The translations under genes and the position numbers were made by a program. The notes beneath the pieces are model-generated. The model ran no database searches. It was not told the origin of the DNA and saw nothing but the letters and a program-made list of their open reading frames with translations. From a virus (Duplodnaviria; Caudoviricetes), in the IMG/VR virus record IMGVR_UViG_3300020043_004132, positions 1 through 40,349 of that record: a stretch of 40,349 bases of DNA, one strand, 5' to 3'. Numbering within the stretch: the stretch's first letter is position 1; each line of letters opens with the position of its first letter. Positions 35,065-40,349 of the stretch are shown here, piece by piece.

Positions 35065-35499
35065 TTAAAATTTAATTGTTATACTTGATTTTCTTGGTGT
35101 AGTTGATACTTTTGGAACAATATTTCCGTACATATCTGGTACTTCCATTCTTTGTGCCAATTTTAAAAGTTCTTCACGTTCTTTTAATTGTTTTTTAAAT
35201 TCTCGATAAACTTCGTCTTCTTCGTAATTGATTGAAACACCGCCTTGAACTGGATTAAATTCAACTCCGTTCAAAGTTGTTTTTTCTGTCAATGTAATTT
35301 GTTCACGAAGTTGTGAATCCATTGCGTTGATTGATTCTTTAATTTTTGCGACTTTTGTCCAAAATTCAATTTTGTCAATTTCGCCATTCTGAAGAACTTC
35401 ATTCACGATTTCTTTTCCTCGTGAAATGTAATCTTTTTTTCCGAAATGAATCGGAAAAGATTCTTGTTCTCGCATCAATTCAAATAATTGTTTGCTCAT
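35065..35499 (-). CDS. Conserved replication/recombination-region protein (right allele)
   Basis: 144 aa. Confidence 0.75.
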   Translation of the reverse strand: MSKQLFELMREQESFPIHFGKKDYISRGKEIVNEVLQNGEIDKIEFWTKVAKIKESINAMDSQLREQITLTEKTTLNGVEFNPVQGGVSINYEEDEVYREFKKQLKEREELLKLAQRMEVPDMYGNIVPKVSTTPRKSSITIKF

Positions 35500-35729
35500 A
35501 ATTTTTTGGTTTTAAATGTTTCTTTGTAATATTGTTCGCTAGTTTCTCTTGGGAATATGCTATTATCTTTGTTGATATCAAAACATCCTTGACAATAACT
35601 TTCAATTATCTGTTTCTTTTCCATTTCTTTGGCTTGTTCAATATATTCATATAACCTTGCGGGAAAGTTATTATAAATTGTTTCAAATTCATAAAATTTA
35701 CTTTCTAACAATTCTACTGCTGTTTTCAT
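35496..35729 (-). CDS. Hypothetical protein
   Basis: 77 aa; mirror of 4621-4854. Confidence 0.7.
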   Translation of the reverse strand: MKTAVELLESKFYEFETIYNNFPARLYEYIEQAKEMEKKQIIESYCQGCFDINKDNSIFPRETSEQYYKETFKTKKL

Positions 35730-35872
35730 ATTAGTTTATCTATTTTAAGTGAATTTAAGGTGCATTTTTCTTGAAACGCTAAATCATATACTTTGCTTTG
35801 TGAAATTGGCTTAATGCCTTTTAAAATGCGTTTTAATAGCATCTTATTGTTGTTGTTTATTATTTCGTTCAT
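35726..35872 (-). CDS. Small hypothetical protein, 48 aa
   Basis: Mirror of 4478-4624. Confidence 0.55.
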   Translation of the reverse strand: MNEIINNNNKMLLKRILKGIKPISQSKVYDLAFQEKCTLNSLKIDKLI

Positions 35873-36123
35873 AAGAAGTTGATTTTTGATGGATAAATTT
35901 CGTAAACTATTACTTCGGTTCTATATATAATCTTCGGCAAATTGCTTTTTTTGTTAAACAAATTATCTTTTAAAATATCTATATCTCCCGAAGTCAAAGC
36001 ATACTCATAATTTTTGTTATTGGTAACGGGAATTAAACCGCACTCTCTCGCTTTTGCTCTAACTGTGTTTTTTGACAAATTATAAGCCATTGCAAATTCT
36101 GAAATTGAAAAACTATCGTCCAT
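35869..36123 (-). CDS. Putative HTH DNA-binding protein
   Basis: Mirror of 4227-4481. Confidence 0.55.
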   Translation of the reverse strand: MDDSFSISEFAMAYNLSKNTVRAKARECGLIPVTNNKNYEYALTSGDIDILKDNLFNKKSNLPKIIYRTEVIVYEIYPSKINFL

Positions 36124-36295
36124 TGAATTGATAATTTACATTTGACTTGATAAATTCCGCTCTCGGTTTTAACGTGCTAATTTTATTTTCGGGAGTTTCA
36201 AAATCTAAACTTTGAACACAGCATCGGGACATATCTACTCCCCATTTTTTAGCAGTTTCTACAAACTTAAACCGCTCTATTATTGTTGATTTCAT
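36113..36295 (-). CDS. Hypothetical protein
   Basis: 60 aa. Confidence 0.6.
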   Translation of the reverse strand: MKSTIIERFKFVETAKKWGVDMSRCCVQSLDFETPENKISTLKPRAEFIKSNVNYQFNGR

Positions 36296-36506
36296 TTTCT
36301 ATTTTTGTTTTTAGAATGGTTAATAATTTTATTCTTTTGTTGTTTAAATCGAACATATCTTTATATGCCAAATTCAAATCCACAATTTGCTCTGTTCTTG
36401 TACCAAATACAGCGTAATATTCTGACTTTGAAACCTCAGAAACATACTCATTTTTTTGCTCGATTTTCTTTTCGACTTTTTTGATTTTTCTAAATAGCTT
36501 TTTCAT
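36267..36506 (-). CDS. Hypothetical coiled-coil protein
   Basis: 79 aa. Confidence 0.7.
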   Translation of the reverse strand: MKKLFRKIKKVEKKIEQKNEYVSEVSKSEYYAVFGTRTEQIVDLNLAYKDMFDLNNKRIKLLTILKTKIENEINNNRAV

Positions 36507-36508
36507 TT

Positions 36509-36658
36509 TTAGTTTTTATAAGGTTCAACAATTTTTTCTATCGCATCCAAACACTCATTTTTTACAAAGGTTGGAATTTTTACGTGCAAAGTAGTAGTTT
36601 GAAATTCGCTCTTGTACTTTGGCTTTTTACCTGCATTACGCTCATTTTGTTTTTTCAT
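36509..36658 (-). CDS. Small putative DNA-binding protein, 49 aa
   Basis: Mirror of 3692-3841. Confidence 0.6.
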   Translation of the reverse strand: MKKQNERNAGKKPKYKSEFQTTTLHVKIPTFVKNECLDAIEKIVEPYKN

Positions 36659-36707
36659 TTTAAATTCGGTTTTGAGCAGATCCGAAAACTGGGTTAAATT
36701 ATTTTTT

Positions 36708-36902
36708 TTATATTAAATTAGCACGTCTTTCATTGTATTTTTGTTGACTTTCTTTTCCTATAAAAATATTTTTTGGAGCAAAATATTCATACGTCTTGTT
36801 TACTGAAATTAAAGAAAAATCAAGGTTGTTTTTGTTTGCAAATTTTTGAGCAAATTCTAAAGATGTGAAATTTCTGTTTGCAATAGTGTAGATAGTTTTC
36901 AT
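36708..36902 (-). CDS. Small early hypothetical protein
   Basis: 64 aa. Confidence 0.7.
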   Translation of the reverse strand: MKTIYTIANRNFTSLEFAQKFANKNNLDFSLISVNKTYEYFAPKNIFIGKESQQKYNERRANLI

Positions 36903-36932
36903 TTTTTTTGTTTTTAAGTTATTGTTTTAGTT

Positions 36933-36955
36933 TTGTGCGTTGCAGTCGCACCCCT
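36933..36955 (-). promoter_or_regulatory. Intergenic hairpin motif AGGGGTGCGACTGCAACGCACAA
   Basis: Mirror of 3395-3417. Confidence 0.7.
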
Positions 36956-36967
36956 GAATTTTGTAGT

Positions 36968-37069
36968 TCAAAAAGTTGGTTGATACATTGATATATTATG
37001 TAATAAGCAAATATTTTCAATTTCTTGTGTCCATTCAATATTGATATATTCTCCTACTACATTAATTTT
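36968..37069 (-). pseudogene. 3' fragment of core-phage early gene cut at junction
   Basis: Mirror of 3281-3382. Confidence 0.55.
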
Positions 37070-37592
37070 ATTAACTTCAATCCTTGAAAGACAATTACAA
37101 GCTATAAACCTTCAACAGAATGTTTACGGTCCAATGGTTAATTTAAGGAACATTTATAATACATTAAAGAAACTTATAGAGAACGCAGGACTTGGTAATG
37201 TAGATCCTTACTTTATGGATCCAGATGTGGGACAAGCTCAAATGCCACAATTACCACCTAAGCCTCCTACTGAATTTGAAAAAGTTTCATTAGCTCAAGT
37301 ACAAGGTCAAAACGAAAGAGAAGTTATCAAAACTAATGTTGAGTTAAAACGTATTGAAGCTGAAATGAGAGCTAAATTACTTGATTATGAACTTCAAATT
37401 AAAGAATTAGAACTTAAATATAATACTAAAATAAATGAGATTGATTTAAAGAACAGATCTATGATAGAATCTCAGAAACTTGCTACAACAGGTGATATAT
37501 TTAAAAAAATAATGGAAGGACAAAAAGAGTTTTTTAATAATGGACAACAAAATTCCACAATCGAACCTGGATCAACAGATTCTCAGGGGTAA
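37062..37592 (+). pseudogene. 5'-truncated podovirus portal protein
   Basis: Mirror of 2758-3288. Confidence 0.75.
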
Positions 37593-37821
37593 ACAAGCTT
37601 CTATTTTATTAGAAGAACCCTTGCTGAAGGAAGCTTTTGAATATTTATCTGAATCTTATAGATTAGAAATATTTAAAACTTCATATTCCGACCACGAACA
37701 AAGACAAGTTCTTTGGATGGCATTTAATATGCTAGACAAAATTAAAGGACATCTTGTTAGTGTAATGGAGACTGGCAAACTAGCTGCCCATGAGCTAGAT
37801 AACCTAAAACGTCAATCGTAA
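37540..37821 (+). CDS. Small head-module protein
   Basis: 93 aa. Confidence 0.7.
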   Translation: MDNKIPQSNLDQQILRGKQASILLEEPLLKEAFEYLSESYRLEIFKTSYSDHEQRQVLWMAFNMLDKIKGHLVSVMETGKLAAHELDNLKRQS

Positions 37822-37854
37822 TAATTACGAAACGATAACCCTAAAGGAGCATAT

Positions 37855-38847
37855 ATGGCAGATGATAAATCTGTACAAGGTGCTGCTGAGAAAATACTTG
37901 GTTTACTGAATCCTAAACAAGGACAATCAGCACCAGTAGTCAAAGCAGAACCATCAGTAGAGCCTGAAGTTAAAACTCAGGATGTTTCAAATGACAATCA
38001 ATCACAGTCTGACGAAATTGTTGAAGAAGCCGTAGCTACTGAAAACATAACAGAAGAAAATACAGAACAACCAACACAACAAGAAGAAGTTGAGAAACCA
38101 AATCTCCACCGAGTAAAAGTACAAGGTCAAGAGCTTGAGGTTACTCTCGATGAACTTAAGTCTGGTTATTCTAGAGATTCAGATTACAGACAAAAAACTC
38201 ATCAATTATCACTTGATAAGAAAAATCTTGAAAGTGAAAAAGAGAGTTTACGTCAGACTTATGATTCTCGAATTAAAGAACTTAATAATGCAATTCAATC
38301 TGCAGATTTACTCTTTAAAGAACAGTTAGGTGCTACAGATCTTAATAAATTATACGAAGAGGATCCTAGTCATGCGGCTAAGTTAGAGTTTAAAATTAGA
38401 CAACAACAAACTCGCATTAATGATTTACGTAAAAAAGCTGATGAAGCTTTTCAAAGTGAATTTACTAACTATCTTAAAAAAGAAATAAAACTTGCAGAAG
38501 AACGCATACCTGAGTTTGCAGATCCAGTAAAATCTACTGAGTTTAAACATAATGCTAAAAAAGTTTTAGCTGATTATGGATTTAAAGATAATGAAATATC
38601 TTCATTAACAGATCATAGATTCTTATTGGTTCTTAAAGATGCTATGCAATTTAAAAACTCTAAAGCACCTAAAGACCTTTCTCCAAAAAAGGTAGTTACT
38701 GCTCCAAAAGTTATTAAAGCTGGTATTGCTAAAACAGATAGTTCAGTTCGTGATATCATAAAACAAAAAATTGGGAAAGTAAGAAAGACTGGTCGCATGG
38801 AAGATGCACAGTCTGCCATACTTCAAATGATAACACAAAAAAAATAA
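37855..38847 (+). CDS. Capsid scaffolding protein (podovirus)
   Basis: SD AAGGAG; mirror of 1503-2495. Confidence 0.85.
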   Translation: MADDKSVQGAAEKILGLLNPKQGQSAPVVKAEPSVEPEVKTQDVSNDNQSQSDEIVEEAVATENITEENTEQPTQQEEVEKPNLHRVKVQGQELEVTLDELKSGYSRDSDYRQKTHQLSLDKKNLESEKESLRQTYDSRIKELNNAIQSADLLFKEQLGATDLNKLYEEDPSHAAKLEFKIRQQQTRINDLRKKADEAFQSEFTNYLKKEIKLAEERIPEFADPVKSTEFKHNAKKVLADYGFKDNEISSLTDHRFLLVLKDAMQFKNSKAPKDLSPKKVVTAPKVIKAGIAKTDSSVRDIIKQKIGKVRKTGRMEDAQSAILQMITQKK

Positions 38848-38857
38848 GGAAAAATAA

Positions 38858-39802
38858 ATGGCACAACCATCAAATACTTTCGATACTTACGATGCAGTAG
38901 GTATTAGAGAGGACTTACAAGATGTGATTTATTCTATTTCTCCAACTGACACTCCTTTTATGAGTGCAGCTGCTAGAGAACAAGTTAAATCAACAACACA
39001 CGAATGGCAAACAGACGCACTTGCTGCAGCATCAACATCTAATGCTGTAATCGAGGGCGATGAAGCTACTCTTGATGCAGTAACAGCTACTTCTAGACTT
39101 GCAAACAAAACGCAAATCATGGATAAAACTGTAGTTATTACAGGTACTCAAGAAGCCGTTGATAAAGCTGGTAGAGCAAGTGAATTAGCTTATCAAATTG
39201 CTAAAAAATCAAAAGAACTAAAACGAGACATCGAAGCTACTTTACTTGCTAACCAAGCTAAAGTAACTGGTGATGCTTCAACTGCAAGAAAATTTGCATC
39301 TCTTGGAGCATGGGTGTTTTCGAATGACTCATTAGGATCTGGCGGTGCATCACCAACTGGTGATGGTACTGATGCTAGAACTGATGGAAAACAAAGAGCT
39401 TTCACAGAAGATCAACTGAAAACAGTTATCAAATCTGTATGGAACGCAGGTGGAAATCCTTCAGTACTAATGGTTGGTCCTTTCAACAAACAAAAAGTAT
39501 CTGGATTCACAGGTGGATCTACTAGATTTGATGCTTCAGAAGATAAAACATTATACGCAAGTATTGATGTTTACTCATCTGACTTCGGTGATCTAGAAGT
39601 TGTACCTAACAGATTCTCTAGAGATAGAGATGCGTGGGTTCTGAATATGGACTACTGGTCAGTAGGTTTCTTAAGAGACTTCACTATGTTTGAATTATCA
39701 AAAACAGGTGATAGCGAGAAAAGACAGCTTTTAGTTGAGCTTACTTTAATCTCTAGAAACGAAGGTGCTAGTGGACTTGTTGCAGACTTAACAACGTCAT
39801 AG
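38858..39802 (+). CDS. Major capsid protein, DUF5309/SU10-type
   Basis: SD TAAGGA; mirror of 548-1492. Confidence 0.9.
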   Translation: MAQPSNTFDTYDAVGIREDLQDVIYSISPTDTPFMSAAAREQVKSTTHEWQTDALAAASTSNAVIEGDEATLDAVTATSRLANKTQIMDKTVVITGTQEAVDKAGRASELAYQIAKKSKELKRDIEATLLANQAKVTGDASTARKFASLGAWVFSNDSLGSGGASPTGDGTDARTDGKQRAFTEDQLKTVIKSVWNAGGNPSVLMVGPFNKQKVSGFTGGSTRFDASEDKTLYASIDVYSSDFGDLEVVPNRFSRDRDAWVLNMDYWSVGFLRDFTMFELSKTGDSEKRQLLVELTLISRNEGASGLVADLTTS

Positions 39803-39812
39803 TATATAACTT

Positions 39813-39840
39813 GAGGGGGAGAGCAATCTCCCCTTCTTTA
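39813..39840 (+). terminator. Intrinsic terminator with GCAA tetraloop
   Basis: 10-bp stem with one G-U pair, followed by TTTA. Confidence 0.75.
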
Positions 39841-39897
39841 ACTTTTGTTTGGTCTTTGAAGTCTAAAGACGGAACGAAGCAAACATAGGAAAACAAA

Positions 39898-40245
39898 ATG
39901 AGAACATTAAACGACTACTTTTTAACTGCTAGATTAGCTGATGTATCTGCTGCTAGTTCAGTTAACATTGCTGTACCTGATGATGGAAAAATTATTAAAA
40001 TTATTTCTGTATTAGGTGGCGCAATCACAACAGCTAACGCTGCTGTAACAACTGCTGTAAATGGAACTACTGTAACAGGTGGTGGACTTACAATAGCTTA
40101 CACAGATTCAGCTGACGGAGATATTGATACTGCTGAACCAACAGCTGCTAATAATGTTTCTGAGGGTCAATACATAACAATTACATCAGATGGTGGATCT
40201 TCTACGACTCAACCATTAGCTATAACTGTTGTTATTAGAAGATAA
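39898..40245 (+). CDS. Putative capsid decoration protein
   Basis: Mirror of 105-452. Confidence 0.6.
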   Translation: MRTLNDYFLTARLADVSAASSVNIAVPDDGKIIKIISVLGGAITTANAAVTTAVNGTTVTGGGLTIAYTDSADGDIDTAEPTAANNVSEGQYITITSDGGSSTTQPLAITVVIRR

Positions 40246-40250
40246 TTATA

Positions 40251-40275
40251 GTGAGGATAGCAATATCCCCATTTC
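40251..40275 (+). terminator. GCAA-tetraloop hairpin
   Basis: GTGAGGATA-GCAA-TATCCCCAT. Confidence 0.45.
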
Positions 40276-40290
40276 ACTAGGATAAAACAA

Positions 40291-40349
40291 ATGGCCAAAA
40301 AGAAAATAGTATTAAACTTAGATGATAGAATTGATAGTATCATTGATCT
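40291..40349 (+). CDS. Partial phage protein truncated by window end
   Basis: MAKKKIVLNLDDRIDSIID with no stop. Confidence 0.7.
   Translation, partial: MAKKKIVLNLDDRIDSIID

Larger units (their letters stand above)
34406..40349. repeat. Right arm of 5944-bp terminal inverted repeat
   Basis: Reverse complement of 1-5944. Confidence 0.98.

Noticed and set aside
37041-37061. TTG start of the 183-aa ORF (and mirror at 3309)
   Set aside because: Lies in antisense core-phage sequence across the junction and has no SD; the ORF is a portal fragment.
945-39405. Antisense and nested ORF-track entries (e.g. 945-1157, 10220-10528, 15452-16018, 17003-17711, 24277-24681, 33113-33472)
   Set aside because: They are shadows of well-supported genes on the other strand or frame, with low-complexity translations and no motifs.
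1-40349. tRNA/rRNA genes, lysogeny module or alternative genetic code
   Set aside because: No cloverleaf, integrase or CI-like gene was recognised, and genes are full-length and densely packed under the standard code.

Overview
This window is a viral contig that looks like a composite of two unrelated phages. The core (about 5945-37069, almost all minus strand) is a near-complete ~31 kb tailed siphovirus with Bacteroidota/Flavobacterium-type expression signals. It has a TAnnTTTG promoter, A-rich leaders without Shine-Dalgarno sequences, and early genes followed by an SSB-like gene, primase-helicase, DNA methyltransferase, SF2 helicase, VRR-NUC nuclease and an ECF-like sigma factor. Terminase, tail, head and lysis modules follow. 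I found no integrase or DNA polymerase. The window is bounded by a 5944-bp inverted repeat (1-5944 / 34406-40349). Its outer ~3.29 kb is a head module of an HTVC010P/pelagiphage-like podovirus (5'-truncated portal, scaffold, major capsid, decoration protein) with Shine-Dalgarno-led genes. Its inner ~0.8 kb differs between the arms by about 25 mostly synonymous SNPs. Both junctions and both ends cut genes, so the repeat is most likely a chimera or assembly artefact. The most interesting biology is non-coding in the core phage: two Flavobacteriia-type Fur-box palindromes upstream of the early and tail promoters, a fixed-spacing ACAA-N25-ATG late promoter probably read by the phage sigma factor, a GACGCAAA iteron origin with a copy upstream of the primase-helicase, a repeated GTGCG-N7-CGCAC hairpin between early genes, a dual-coding frameshifted tail chaperone, and triple-heptad T-x-D motifs that may dock a T4 gp9-like fibre. 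Family assignments are from motif recognition only, with no database searches.
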